Assembly (NCBI GenBank): GCA_028278325.1
Contig: JANQEO010000157.1
Coordinates: 8,533-72,532, forward strand
DNA from: Candidatus Binatia bacterium
GTDB taxonomy: Bacteria; Desulfobacterota; Binatia; UBA1149; JAJCZL01
Length of the DNA stretch: 64,000 bases
Reading direction: 5' to 3'
The position numbers and the translations under genes were made by a program. Shown here piece by piece: positions 39,577 through 49,869 of the stretch (position 1 is its first letter; every line of letters begins with the position of its first letter). The notes below the pieces were generated by a model. The model was not told the DNA's origin and did no database searches. It saw only the letters and a list, made by a program, of their open reading frames with translations.

Positions 39577-40451
39577 GGAAAGCGCTCGTATTCATCGGGC
39601 TGCTTCTCCTGTTTCTGATCTGGACCTTCCCTCACGAACAACTCGTCAGGCGACTCATCCTGCCGCGAGCGGCCGCTTTGGGCGTCGGCTTGACCTTCGA
39701 CGATGTGTCCTTCGGTTTTCCTTTCACCTACACGCTCTCCGGCGTCGAGGTCACTCGCGGAGCCTACCGAGTGACCCTTGCCTCCACACGGCTGGGGTTC
39801 GGGCTCGATGGAGACGTCTCTCTCGACATCAACGCCTGCGGCGGAGAGCTGTCCGGCCGTCTGTCGCGCGAAGACAGCCCCCAAGCCGGCAACGCACTGA
39901 ACCTGTACGTGAGCTTCGAAGGCGTGAACCCGGGGCTATGCCTCGATCTGGGCTCACTGGAGGTGCGCGGCAGATTCGACGGCGAGCTTCAACTTGCAGG
40001 GCTCGCGACGTCAGGACCACGGGGCCGGGCGCTGCCTGCGGGCAGTGGAGCACTGAACCTCAAGAGCGATTCCGGGAAGATCTCAGGCGCACTTCCTGCC
40101 GCCCCCGCACGGCGGGGTACGACCGCACAGCGTCCGGGCTTTCCCCTGGGCGAGTGGACGTTCAGCAACCTCGAGGCGGCATCGACACTGCAAGCCGGGA
40201 CCGTGAACATCTCGAAGCTCAACATGTACGTGGAAGGCGTCGAGTGGCGGCTCACGAAAGGCAAACTCAGCCCGGCTACTTCCGGAGAGACGAGGCTTCG
40301 CTGCGACCTGCGCGCGCGCAAGGTGGAAGATGATGCGCGTTCCAAGGCCCTTCTCGGACTGCTGCCGAAAGCGGGAGAAGACCGCGACGGGTGGCGACGC
40401 TACACGCTCACCGGAACGCTGTCGGCACCCAAGCTGGTCGGCTTGAAGTAA
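39573..40451 (+). CDS. gspN: Type II secretion protein GspN
   Basis: N-terminal TM ending WTFP, beta-rich body, C-terminal GTLSAP; last gene of the cluster. Confidence 0.75.
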   Translation: MRKALVFIGLLLLFLIWTFPHEQLVRRLILPRAAALGVGLTFDDVSFGFPFTYTLSGVEVTRGAYRVTLASTRLGFGLDGDVSLDINACGGELSGRLSREDSPQAGNALNLYVSFEGVNPGLCLDLGSLEVRGRFDGELQLAGLATSGPRGRALPAGSGALNLKSDSGKISGALPAAPARRGTTAQRPGFPLGEWTFSNLEAASTLQAGTVNISKLNMYVEGVEWRLTKGKLSPATSGETRLRCDLRARKVEDDARSKALLGLLPKAGEDRDGWRRYTLTGTLSAPKLVGLK

Positions 40452-40457
40452 ACGCCC

Positions 40458-41714
40458 TTAGCCGAAACGCTTCCAGATCTCTTTCACCAGCGCGATGTTG
40501 GCCGAGTGTCCGGTCTTGCGTGCATGCACTGCGCCCCGTAGCGGTGCGCCCAGCAAGTAGAAATCGCCCATTATGTCGAGGATCTTGTGGCGGGCGAGTT
40601 CCTCGGGGAAACGCAGCTCCGTGTTGACGATACCGGTGTCACCGATGAGGATGAAGTTGCTCAGTTGCCCACCCTGGCCGAGCCCCGCATTCTCTAAGGC
40701 TCGTATCTCTTCAACGAAGCCGAAGGTTCGAGCCGGGGCGATCTCGTCCCTGAAGGACGCGGGCCCGGTGAAATCGAAAGTGTAGGTCTGCTCTCCGACC
40801 GGCTCGGGGTAGGACAGCTCGTAGGTAACGCGAAAGCCATCGTGAGGAACGATCGAGATGTGCTCGTCGTCGCCGAAGTCCAGCCGCACCTCCTCGTCCA
40901 CGGCCACCGCGGGCCGCCACGAATCCTGATCTTCGACTCCTGCCGACTCGACCATCTTGCAGAACTCGACCGCCGAGCCGTCCAGAATGGGGACCTCGCC
41001 TTCCACCTTTACGAGCAGGTTGGTGACACCATAGGCGTGCAGAGAGGCCATGAGATGCTCCACCGTGCGAGCGCTCATGCCGTCTTTGTGCAGAGTCGTC
41101 GCGTAACCGGTGGAGTCTACGTTGTCTACGTGGGCTGCAACGTAGCCTTCTCCCGCCACGCTGCCGAAGCGGATACCGCTGCCGGCCGGCAGAGGGTGCA
41201 GGATCAGACCGGTCCTGACGCCGCTGTGCAACCCCTGGCCACCGCCCACGACACTTCGGCTGAGCGTCCTTTCCATGACGGACGGACCCTGCACGCCAGC
41301 CGAGTTTCCGGACGGCCCCAGTTCGGCCCTGCTATCACCGAGTTCGTCCCCCGAACTGCGAAGAGCACGACGGATGGACCCGAGTAACCCGTCGATCGAA
41401 AAGGGCTTCTCGATGAAGTCGACGGCGCCAAGCTTGGTGGCCTTGACGGCGGTCTCCACGTTGCCGTGCCCGGATACCACGATCACGGGCAGGTCACTGC
41501 GAGCGGATCTCAATTCCTGAAGCAACTGGATGCCGTCCATCTCCGGCATCCAAACATCGAGAAGGACCAGGCGAGGATCCGTCGCCCCGAGCTTGGAGAT
41601 AGCCTCACTGCCGTTGCCGGCGGTTTCGACCTGGAAGCCCTCATCTCTCAACACGCCACCGATCGAGTCCCGAACGTTGGCGTCGTCGTCGACTATCAAT
41701 ATCGTCTCGTTCAT
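40458..41714 (-). CDS. lpxC: Response-regulator receiver domain fused to UDP-3-O-acyl-GlcNAc deacetylase (REC-LpxC)
   Basis: aa ~1-120 REC (IVDDD, LLD53VWMP, SGHG, KPF); linker; from aa 147 LpxC (ERTL, GLHSG, TVEH, PILDGSA, ARTFGF, HKILD, GH-AN); one uninterrupted frame. Confidence 0.93.
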   Translation of the reverse strand: MNETILIVDDDANVRDSIGGVLRDEGFQVETAGNGSEAISKLGATDPRLVLLDVWMPEMDGIQLLQELRSARSDLPVIVVSGHGNVETAVKATKLGAVDFIEKPFSIDGLLGSIRRALRSSGDELGDSRAELGPSGNSAGVQGPSVMERTLSRSVVGGGQGLHSGVRTGLILHPLPAGSGIRFGSVAGEGYVAAHVDNVDSTGYATTLHKDGMSARTVEHLMASLHAYGVTNLLVKVEGEVPILDGSAVEFCKMVESAGVEDQDSWRPAVAVDEEVRLDFGDDEHISIVPHDGFRVTYELSYPEPVGEQTYTFDFTGPASFRDEIAPARTFGFVEEIRALENAGLGQGGQLSNFILIGDTGIVNTELRFPEELARHKILDIMGDFYLLGAPLRGAVHARKTGHSANIALVKEIWKRFG

Positions 41715-41721
41715 ACCCGCT

Positions 41722-43989
41722 TCATGCCTTGCCCGTCTCGGCCACAGCCGCATCTTCGATCTTGGCCGGGAATTCTATCGTGAACCGGCTGCCACTGGGC
41801 ATATTGTCGCGCAACCGGATGTAGGCCTGGTGCTCGGCGGCTACCGAGGCCACGATGGCCAGGCCCAATCCGGTACCGTCGTCCTTGGTCGAGAAATACG
41901 GCTCGAACACCCTGGCCTTGTCCTCCGCCGAGATCCCCGGCCCGTTGTCGGCCACTTCAAGTATCACTCTAGATAGCGCCTTGTCGAATGTCGTCTTTAC
42001 TCGGATTTGATTGGAGCCCGCTTCCTGACCGTTGGCTTCGGCCGGCGAAGATCCGGCGGAAACCGACACGGCATTGTCCAGCAGGTTGATCAGGGCCCGC
42101 TTCACGCCGTCCCGGTTCATCATCACGGGCGGCAAGCTCTCTCCCCTCTCGAAGCCAATGTCCATATCGGGCCAGGCCTGACGATACAGCGGCAGGGTCT
42201 CGGCCACGATGTCGTTGAGATCGTGCAGGGACTTTTCGGTGTCACCACCCTGGGTGAAGCGGGAGAACTCGTTGACGAGGTTCTTGAGGTGGTCGACCTG
42301 GTCGACGATCGTAGTGGTGCATTCGTCGAACAGCACGGCATCATCGCCCTCGACGCTCTCGCCCAGACGTCGCTTGAGCCGCTGAGCGGAAAGCTGGATG
42401 GGGGTCAGAGGGTTCTTGATCTCGTGAGCAATCCTGCGCGCGACCTCCTTCCAGGCCTCCGTGCGCTCGACCGCGACGATCTGGGACACATCCTCGAAGA
42501 ACAGGACGGAGCCCGCAGCGCTTCCGCTGCGACGCAACAACGCTGTAGCCGTCACGAGCAAAGTCCTGCCCTCTTCTTTGCGCTGGATGTTGCGCCGTGT
42601 CCCCGAAGGCAGAGCCCCTGAGTTGAGCTCCTCGAGCATGGCGGCAACCTCGGGATAGCCTGCATCCGTGAACACGCCTATGGCCTCACGCCCGACCAGA
42701 CCCGAGGCCGGCAGACCCAGCAAGGATACGGCAGCCGGATTGACGGTACTGATCAGATGCTGGCTGTCCACGGAAACCACGCCGGCCGCCACGTTGGCCA
42801 GCACGTTCTCGATGTATCGGCGACGTTCGTCGAGATCTTCATGGGAAGTCTGCAACTGACCGGTCATCGAATTGAACGCCCTCACCAGTGTCGCAACCTC
42901 GTCTCCGCCCGTTTCCTCGATCTTCACGCCCCATCGTCCTGCCGCGACATCTTGTGTCGCCTCGGCGAGTCGCCCGATAGGGTCGGTTATGCTTCGAGCC
43001 AGGTAGATGCCGACCCACGTGGCACTGAAGACGACTACGAGAGACGCTAGAGAGAGGGTCAGTATGTAGAGGTTTCGAAACGGTCTTCGGCTCTGCTTGA
43101 GCTGCCGGTAGTCGCGGTAGGAGTCGAGGATGTCCTGGCTCCAGGCCTTGGCGCTGCGTTTGACCAGATAGTCGACGATAACGGCACCGACGACCTCCTC
43201 GCCCGAGCGGCCTCCGTAGACCGGCGAACCCCCACGGATGATGTCGGACTCGCCCAGCACCTCCACGCGTGTCGCATCCTCCCCGAGGAAGGTCTCGTCG
43301 AGAAGCTCACGGTCCGCCTTCAGAGGCAGTCCCGTCGGTGCCTGCTCGTTGAACTGGACCACCCGCTGCTCACCCTGGCGGTCGAAAATCTGGACGGTGC
43401 CGAGGTTGTAGCTGCGCTGATGCTCCTCGACCAGAGCTTCGAGACGGCGCTTGTTCCTGAGGCCACTGCCCCCGTCGGCCGAAATCGCCCGGCTTATCGC
43501 ACGCGAATGCAGCAACGCGTCGGCCGCCGACTCCTCGTAGTAGGTATGCGCCAAGCTCCACGCTCCCTCCAACGACTCTTCGACCTCGGTGCTGAACCAA
43601 CCGTCGATGGTGTTGGTGAAGAACTCCATGGACACGAGCAACAACACCAGGGCCGGGAACGCGGCGATGGTCACGAACGCCATCACCATCCGCCCCTTCA
43701 ACTGGCTTCCGAGAACGCGTTGCCTTCGCTCGACCACCAGCTTCGTAAGGTTGCGCACGACCAAGAAGATCAAGAGGAGAAGGAGGATGATGTTGGTGTT
43801 GATGAGAAGGAAGGAGAATACGTTGCCGGCTGCGCCGCGCGCGTTGGGGTTGCGGATCTCCCAGAGCGCGAAGAACAGCACCGCTAGACCCGCGGCGAGG
43901 ATTATCAAGCCTTCGAAGCGACGCCTGCGTGCTTCTTCCTGACTGGGGCCGGAGGGTTCGTCGGGCAGTGCGTTGGGGTCGCTCGTCAC
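41722..43989 (-). CDS. NtrY-like membrane sensor histidine kinase (TM-HAMP-PAS-HisKA-HATPase)
   Basis: WF-x-x-V periplasmic start, HAMP (DEV..L..FN-M), [27 protein letters not shown]-box, [21 protein letters not shown]. Confidence 0.93.
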   Translation of the reverse strand: MTSDPNALPDEPSGPSQEEARRRRFEGLIILAAGLAVLFFALWEIRNPNARGAAGNVFSFLLINTNIILLLLLIFLVVRNLTKLVVERRQRVLGSQLKGRMVMAFVTIAAFPALVLLLVSMEFFTNTIDGWFSTEVEESLEGAWSLAHTYYEESAADALLHSRAISRAISADGGSGLRNKRRLEALVEEHQRSYNLGTVQIFDRQGEQRVVQFNEQAPTGLPLKADRELLDETFLGEDATRVEVLGESDIIRGGSPVYGGRSGEEVVGAVIVDYLVKRSAKAWSQDILDSYRDYRQLKQSRRPFRNLYILTLSLASLVVVFSATWVGIYLARSITDPIGRLAEATQDVAAGRWGVKIEETGGDEVATLVRAFNSMTGQLQTSHEDLDERRRYIENVLANVAAGVVSVDSQHLISTVNPAAVSLLGLPASGLVGREAIGVFTDAGYPEVAAMLEELNSGALPSGTRRNIQRKEEGRTLLVTATALLRRSGSAAGSVLFFEDVSQIVAVERTEAWKEVARRIAHEIKNPLTPIQLSAQRLKRRLGESVEGDDAVLFDECTTTIVDQVDHLKNLVNEFSRFTQGGDTEKSLHDLNDIVAETLPLYRQAWPDMDIGFERGESLPPVMMNRDGVKRALINLLDNAVSVSAGSSPAEANGQEAGSNQIRVKTTFDKALSRVILEVADNGPGISAEDKARVFEPYFSTKDDGTGLGLAIVASVAAEHQAYIRLRDNMPSGSRFTIEFPAKIEDAAVAETGKA

Positions 43990-45011
43990 TCGAACAAGTC
44001 CGCCTGGGCTGCGCTCGGGGTTACGCCGAGATGTTCGTAGGCGCGCGATGTCGCCACGCGCCCCCGCGGCGTCCTTTGCAGGAAGCCCTCTCTTATCAGG
44101 TAGGGCTCGTAAACCTCCTCGAGTGTTCCCGAATCCTCACCCACGGCCGCCGACAGCGTCTCGACGCCGACGGGGCCGCCGTCGAACTTCTCTATTATCG
44201 TCGTAACCAACAGGCGGTCCATGGAATCGAAGCCGGCCTCGTCCACTCCCATGACGCCGAGCCCGTCCCTGACCACATCGTGGGTTATGCGTCCCGCGGC
44301 TTTCACCTGGGCATAGTCACGCAACCGCCGCAGCAGGCGGTTGGCAATGCGCGGTGTTCCTCTGGAGCGTCGCGCTATGTCGAAGGCCGCTTCGTCGTCC
44401 AACCCCACCTTGAGAAGATCCGCAGAGCGCCGGACGATGGAGGCCAGTTCTTCATGGTCGTAGAAGTCGAGCCTGAAGGTGCTGCCGAAACGCGACCGCA
44501 ACGGCGCCGTCAAGAGACCCGAGCGGGTGGTGGCGCCGACGAGCGTGAACGGCTCGACATCTATGTTGATGGAGCGGGCGGACGCCCCCTCACCCACCAC
44601 GAGGTCTATGCGGAAGTCCTCCATCGCCGGGTAGAGGATTTCCTCGACCGTCTTCCCGAGCCTGTGTATCTCGTCGATGAACAGAACGTCGTTGGGCTCC
44701 AACGACGTGAGGATGGCCGCCAGATCGCCTCCCTTCTCGATCACGGGGCCGCTGGTCTGATGAATGTGGGCGCCCACCTCCACCGCCAGGATGTGAGCCA
44801 GCGACGTCTTGCCCAACCCGGGTGGGCCGATGAGAAGAACGTGATCGAGTGCTTCACCTCGGGCACGGGCCGCGCGGATGGAAATGTCGAGGTTCTCCGT
44901 TACCTCCCGTTGACCGACGTAGTCGGCAAGCCGGGACGGCCTGAGGCTGACCTCTCCGCCGGCGTCGTAGCCGGTTTCGATCGGGGCGAGCGCGTCACCC
45001 GCGTCGCTCAC
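43986..45011 (-). CDS. ruvB: Holliday junction branch migration helicase RuvB
   Basis: [36 protein letters not shown]. Confidence 0.97.
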   Translation of the reverse strand: MSDAGDALAPIETGYDAGGEVSLRPSRLADYVGQREVTENLDISIRAARARGEALDHVLLIGPPGLGKTSLAHILAVEVGAHIHQTSGPVIEKGGDLAAILTSLEPNDVLFIDEIHRLGKTVEEILYPAMEDFRIDLVVGEGASARSINIDVEPFTLVGATTRSGLLTAPLRSRFGSTFRLDFYDHEELASIVRRSADLLKVGLDDEAAFDIARRSRGTPRIANRLLRRLRDYAQVKAAGRITHDVVRDGLGVMGVDEAGFDSMDRLLVTTIIEKFDGGPVGVETLSAAVGEDSGTLEEVYEPYLIREGFLQRTPRGRVATSRAYEHLGVTPSAAQADLFE

Positions 45012-45580
45012 GACAACCTCGCCAGAGATTTCTTGATCAACGTTTCGACACTGCCCCCGGCTTCGGGGAGCAACGCTTTGACCGCATTCGATGCCTGGCC
45101 TCGCTTGTACCCCAGCGCAACCAAGGCGAGCACCGCGTCTTCGCCCAGCGAGTCGGCTCCGAGGTCTCCTTCGGCGTCGCCCGACAGCTTGTCCTTGAGT
45201 TCGACGAGCAAGCGCTCAGCCGTCTTGCGGCCGATTCCGGGGATCGCAACCAGACGCGTCAGATCACCGTCGCGCACGACCCGGCGAAACTCCTCGGGTT
45301 CGGTGCCCGAAAGAATCGCCAGTGCGACCCGAGGCCCGATACCGGTGATCGAGCGCAGCGTGCTGAACAGTTGCTTTTCCTCGGCCGACCGGAAGGCGAA
45401 CAACTCCAGGGCGTTCTCCCGTAGATTGGTGACAACCTGCAACTCGACCTCGGAGCCTTCTTCGGGCAACCGATAGAAAGTGCTCAAGGGGATCTGCGCC
45501 TGATAGCCCACACCGCCTACGTCGACCAGAACCTCTCCCGGCGACTTCTCGGCCAGAGTACCGCGCAACCTCGCTATCAC
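45008..45580 (-). CDS. ruvA: Holliday junction DNA-binding protein RuvA
   Basis: IARLRG, GVGY, GIGPR Hh[18 protein letters not shown]. Confidence 0.95.
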   Translation of the reverse strand: MIARLRGTLAEKSPGEVLVDVGGVGYQAQIPLSTFYRLPEEGSEVELQVVTNLRENALELFAFRSAEEKQLFSTLRSITGIGPRVALAILSGTEPEEFRRVVRDGDLTRLVAIPGIGRKTAERLLVELKDKLSGDAEGDLGADSLGEDAVLALVALGYKRGQASNAVKALLPEAGGSVETLIKKSLARLS

Positions 45581-46119
45581 GATACCGCTCTTCGCCCGGC
45601 GCGGCCCGACCTCCGCCGCGGCCGCGACGCAAGCGCTTCTCTCACTCGCGCGTTGTAGGGCTCGGTCAAACCGTGACAGGCCGCCGTAGCCAGAGCATCC
45701 GCCTCGTCCTCCACCGGCGTCTTGTCCAGCTTGAACATGCGGACGACGGCGTCCTGGACGTCGGCCTTGCACGCACGACCGTGGCCGGCGACGGCCTTCT
45801 TGATGGTCGCCGGCGGGTACTCACTCAAAGACACGCGAGCCTCGGCAGCGGCAGCCATCACGACGCCACGGGCCTCCCCGATCCGAAACGCGCTTTGGAC
45901 GCTCTTACCGACGAAGTTCCTCTCCAGGCTCAGGTGGTCCGGGCCGTGTTGGGCTATCAACTCGCTCAAGGCCGCGTATACGCGTCCCAGACGTTCGGCC
46001 AGGTCGCCACGGCCCAAAGAGATCACTCCCGAGCCGACACGCGTCATCCTGGCACGCCTGCAGTCTATGACCGCCCAGCCCGTTACAATTGTGCCCGGAT
46101 CAATTCCGAGAACCCGCAA
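45577..46119 (-). CDS. ruvC: Crossover junction endodeoxyribonuclease RuvC
   Basis: VLGIDPG, E, GEARGV, K..V-G-G-A-K, DEADALA. Confidence 0.95.
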   Translation of the reverse strand: MRVLGIDPGTIVTGWAVIDCRRARMTRVGSGVISLGRGDLAERLGRVYAALSELIAQHGPDHLSLERNFVGKSVQSAFRIGEARGVVMAAAAEARVSLSEYPPATIKKAVAGHGRACKADVQDAVVRMFKLDKTPVEDEADALATAACHGLTEPYNARVREALASRPRRRSGRAGRRAVS

Positions 46120-46141
46120 CCATCTCCTCCCTGCACCGCGC

Positions 46142-46891
46142 TCAAGCCGACAATCGCGCGAGCTCCTCGTCGTCGATCTCGAAGTTTGCCGATACGCGCT
46201 GAACATCATCATGGTCTTCCAAGGCATCTATGAGCTTGATGACCTTCGCGGCGTCTCCGCCCGTGAGCGACACGAAATTTTTCGGCTCCAACGCCACTTC
46301 GGCGCCCTCTATCTGCAGACCGGCACCCTCGAGCTTGGCGCGGACGGTCTCGAGATCATCGACCGCCGTGATCACCCGCACCGAACCCTCTTCGCCCACG
46401 ACATCCGATGCACCCGCATCAACGGCGGCCTCGAACACCTGCTCCTCGTCGGGGCCGTCGGGGGCCACCCGGATGTGGCCTTGCTTCTCGAACATCCAGG
46501 CTACGCAATTCGTCTCACCGAGATTGCCCCCGTTCTTGCTGAAGAGGTGACGGATCTCGGCCACGGTGCGGTTCTTGTTGTCGGTCAGACACTCGAGCAT
46601 TACGGCCACGCCGCCCGGCCCATATCCTTCGTACGTTATGTCTACGTAGTCGACGCCCTCGAGCTCACCGGTGCCCTTCTTGACGGCCTTGTCGATGTTG
46701 TCGTTGGGCATGCTGTTGGCACGCGCCGTCGAGATGGCCGCCCGCAGCCGCGGGTTGCCGTCGGGGTCGCCGCCTCCCTGCTTGGCCGCAACCGTGATCT
46801 CCTTGATCAGCTTGGTGAACAGTTTGCCGCGCCGCGCATCCTTGGCGGCCTTCTTGTGCTTTATCGAGGACCATTTGGAGTGTCCGGACAT
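46142..46891 (-). CDS. yebC: YebC/PmpR family protein
   Basis: MSGHSKWSSIKHKK, YEGYGPGG, TDNKNRT, DDVQ. Confidence 0.96.
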   Translation of the reverse strand: MSGHSKWSSIKHKKAAKDARRGKLFTKLIKEITVAAKQGGGDPDGNPRLRAAISTARANSMPNDNIDKAVKKGTGELEGVDYVDITYEGYGPGGVAVMLECLTDNKNRTVAEIRHLFSKNGGNLGETNCVAWMFEKQGHIRVAPDGPDEEQVFEAAVDAGASDVVGEEGSVRVITAVDDLETVRAKLEGAGLQIEGAEVALEPKNFVSLTGGDAAKVIKLIDALEDHDDVQRVSANFEIDDEELARLSA

Positions 46892-47053
46892 GCCTATCCC
46901 GTGCGCGAGCGTCGAGTCATACGCGGACACGGCCATGCCGGCCGGCGGCAAACGGTTACACGCCCGCGAAATTGTCTGCTATCATAGCAAATTGGAGTAG
47001 TAAACGTAGGCGCACGGCGGCCTTTGCTCCGTTCTTTCAAGCGAGTTCCGACA

Positions 47054-47773
47054 GTGTCCGACCCTCTGTTACCAGCGACCGCAGCTCAGCGTACCCTCGC
47101 AGTTCTCCTGCTAGCGGCGGGGCTGGCCACCGGCGCTTGTTCGACGAAGCCTTCGGCCAGCGCCCTGCTCCGCCAGGACTTCCCGCCGCCGCGCCTGACG
47201 TCGCGAGGCACCGAGATCGGCATCGCATCGTGGTACGGTCCCGGTTTTGACGGCAAACTCACGGCCAACGGCGAACGTTTCAATCGTCATGGCATGACTG
47301 CGGCCCACCGTACCCTGCCCTTCGGATCGATACTGGACGTCACGGACCTCGACACGGGCCGGAGCGTTCGAGTCCGCGTCAACGACCGCGGCCCGTACAT
47401 CCAGGGACGGGTTCTGGACCTGTCCTATGGAGCAGCCAAGCGTCTGGGCATGATCCAGAAGGGAACTGCGCGGGTCGAGATCGCGGTGCGCAACAAGAAC
47501 GCCGAGACCTGGACGGGAGTGCACTATGCGGTTCAGGTGGGCGCCTTCAGGACGATCGACGATGCCCGGGCGTTTACCAGATCCCTGTCGGCATACGCGA
47601 AACGTTACTACATCGCTCGGCCCGACGAGACTTCCACCCACTACCGCATCAGGGTAGGCCCCTACAGCGAACCCCATCTCGCATACGGCGCCGCCGACCG
47701 CCTCGCCCATCTCGGCTTCGACACCCTCGTCGTCGAGGAGCGCAAGGCAGCGATGCGGGTCAGCCGGCGCTGA
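47054..47773 (+). CDS. rlpA: Septal ring lytic transglycosylase RlpA (DPBB + SPOR), lipoprotein
   Basis: Lipobox LATGAC, GIASWYG, TANGE, AAHRTLP, NDRGP, DLS; SPOR VQVGAF. Confidence 0.92.
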   Translation: MSDPLLPATAAQRTLAVLLLAAGLATGACSTKPSASALLRQDFPPPRLTSRGTEIGIASWYGPGFDGKLTANGERFNRHGMTAAHRTLPFGSILDVTDLDTGRSVRVRVNDRGPYIQGRVLDLSYGAAKRLGMIQKGTARVEIAVRNKNAETWTGVHYAVQVGAFRTIDDARAFTRSLSAYAKRYYIARPDETSTHYRIRVGPYSEPHLAYGAADRLAHLGFDTLVVEERKAAMRVSRR

Positions 47774-48086
47774 CCGAGGAAAGGAGCCAGGCCAGGTAAG
47801 GCTCGGAAGCCTGGCTGACGTCGAGCGCCAGCACCTCCGGAGTATCGTAGCTACTCAGCTCCCTGACCCTGGACTCCAAACGCTGCCAGCATGACGCGCT
47901 CGTCTTGATGATCAGTAGACATTCCGCCTCTTCCTCCAACTGCCCCTTCCACCTGTAGACGGATGTCACGGGCTGCCAGCTCACACAGGCCGCGAGGCCT
48001 TCCTCGACCAACCTGCTTGCGGCATCGCGTGCCGCCTCCTCGTCACCGACAGTGGTGAGCACGACTATCGCTTCCTTGGTACTCAT
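47760..48086 (-). CDS. cutA: Divalent cation tolerance protein CutA
   Basis: LAAC, SVYRWKG, E..L.IKT, YDTPE, YLAW. Confidence 0.92.
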   Translation of the reverse strand: MSTKEAIVVLTTVGDEEAARDAASRLVEEGLAACVSWQPVTSVYRWKGQLEEEAECLLIIKTSASCWQRLESRVRELSSYDTPEVLALDVSQASEPYLAWLLSSVSAG

Positions 48087-49123
48087 GCGTGTCCTTTGCT
48101 CCCCGACGCCGAACTCTCCTTGATGGCCTGGCGCGACCAACCCGCCACCAGCGAGTCGTAGTCCGGAAGTCCGGGCTCTGAAGAGCCGACCGGCCGCCGT
48201 AACCTCCAGGCTCGCCGCACAAGCTGCCCCGCGCGCTTGAGAGGACTGCCTAGCGAAACCGGAATGCTTATCCCTTCGCTCTCGAGGCGCCTCACTAGGG
48301 AGGCCAACCCCTCACGCGGCACATGGCCGCGCGCTATCACCGCCTCGCATGCGTCGTGTACGTCCTTGGCCGACAGGCCCGCCTCACGGACGACCTCGAC
48401 CACTCCTTCCTCGTCGAGAAGGGTCATATGATAGAGCCTCAGCGCGCACTCCACGTAGTTGTCGAACCAGGTAAGACGAGTACCGAACTGCGACAGGTCT
48501 CCTGAGTCCCGCTTGCGCTGACGCAGAACGAACACGCCCACCACCTTCATCTGCGGGAAAGGTTCCGCCAACAGGCGCTCTATCGTTCTCAGGTAATGAG
48601 GATTCACATGAGCGCTGCGCAAAAGGTCCATGGTGGTTTCCACGTCGATCCTGCGCGCAACAACGTCCGCATACAGAGAATATACGAAAGGATCGGACTC
48701 CCAGTCATCGCCGAAGAGTAGCTCGTAGACCTCGCCGTCGTGCTCGAGCGCCGCGCGCAGGAGACGCGAGAGCTTGTAGCCGATCTGCTCGCGGAGCGCA
48801 TCGAAGCGGCCCTTTACGATGTGCGTCACCTGATCCTTGAAGGTGATGCCGTCATAGATCACGCCGTCGAGGGAGAGCTTCTCCTTGATCGCCGACCCGA
48901 TCTGAGGCGGGCTCGCGGTTAGAAAATGGACATAGGTCGGGAACCCCCGAGCTTCGGAGGATCGCCTCAGCCCACGTATGACCGGCGCAGCTCCCGGGAT
49001 GGTGACCTTGTCCCGGGCCCTCTCGAAGGGAACCTTGACCAAGGAGCGGAGCGACTCGAAGTTCGAAACCAGATAGGTCTTGTCCAAGTCCCAGCGGAAT
49101 ACGACGGTTCTACGCGCGGCCAT
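48083..49123 (-). CDS. Uncharacterised HAD-like (App1/LNS2-like) phosphatase-domain protein
   Basis: WDLDKTY (DxDxT), LTASP, K, FGDD-ESD match HAD motifs I-IV. Confidence 0.6.
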   Translation of the reverse strand: MAARRTVVFRWDLDKTYLVSNFESLRSLVKVPFERARDKVTIPGAAPVIRGLRRSSEARGFPTYVHFLTASPPQIGSAIKEKLSLDGVIYDGITFKDQVTHIVKGRFDALREQIGYKLSRLLRAALEHDGEVYELLFGDDWESDPFVYSLYADVVARRIDVETTMDLLRSAHVNPHYLRTIERLLAEPFPQMKVVGVFVLRQRKRDSGDLSQFGTRLTWFDNYVECALRLYHMTLLDEEGVVEVVREAGLSAKDVHDACEAVIARGHVPREGLASLVRRLESEGISIPVSLGSPLKRAGQLVRRAWRLRRPVGSSEPGLPDYDSLVAGWSRQAIKESSASGSKGHA

Positions 49124-49135
49124 TCTGTACAAACC

Positions 49136-49825
49136 TCAGAGATCCACACCTTGCGTTCGCAGCTCCGCCAACAAGGCGGAGGTTGCCGGGAGTTCGGCCG
49201 CCGCAGCGGCCGACGCCCTCAGCCCGCCGGCGAGCCTCAACAAATCGCTGTGCAGATCCACGTCTGACCACGTCGGCATTACGGCGACGGCGGCGCCATG
49301 ACGGCGCAACCGCTGCATCGTCTCCTCGAAGACATCCGGCCCTCCCCAGGCCGCCGACAATGCGAACACGGGAGGAACTTCTCCACGACAACCTATCAAA
49401 TAATAGCCGCCGTCTCCGCTAGGGCCGATCACGACGTCATGCCTTCCGAGGGATTCGAAGGCCTCGCCTACGACGGGCAGAGGCAAGTCCGGGGAGTCGC
49501 TCCCGACCACCACCGTAGCGTAGCCCTGGCCCACCCCGCGCGACAGAACGCGGGCCATCCGCTCGCCCAGGCTGCCTTCGCCCTGGGCTTCCACGGCCAA
49601 ACCTCGGTCTGCAGCCATGCGGCACAGGATCGGAGCGTCATGATCGGGCGTGACGGCCAGGCGCAGGGCGATATCCGAGAGGCGGGAGAAGCGCGACAGC
49701 GAATCCTCGACGAAGGCACGATGACAGCGGCAGGCCTGCGCCGGCGTAAGTGGCGGAGACAGCCGCGTCTTTACCTCGCCTTCCCGTGGTTCCTTGGCCA
49801 CCACATACAAGACGCCTTCGCTCAC
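49136..49825 (-). CDS. DUF2064/TIGR04282-like nucleotidyl/glycosyltransferase-fold protein
   Basis: AKEP..G.VKTRL, QG.G.LG.RM, GSDSP, GP..DGGYYLIG, DVD. Confidence 0.85.
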   Translation of the reverse strand: MSEGVLYVVAKEPREGEVKTRLSPPLTPAQACRCHRAFVEDSLSRFSRLSDIALRLAVTPDHDAPILCRMAADRGLAVEAQGEGSLGERMARVLSRGVGQGYATVVVGSDSPDLPLPVVGEAFESLGRHDVVIGPSGDGGYYLIGCRGEVPPVFALSAAWGGPDVFEETMQRLRRHGAAVAVMPTWSDVDLHSDLLRLAGGLRASAAAAAELPATSALLAELRTQGVDL

Positions 49826-49869
49826 CAAGCGGCAATCTGGCATGGGGGGCGGTGGCGGGCAAGGTCGGG

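Noticed and set aside
43929-45476. 515-aa plus-strand ORF
   Set aside because: Antisense shadow of ruvB/ruvA; long stop-free antisense frames are expected in GC-rich coding DNA, and it has no motifs
45722-46987. 421-aa plus-strand ORF
   Set aside because: Antisense to yebC/ruvC
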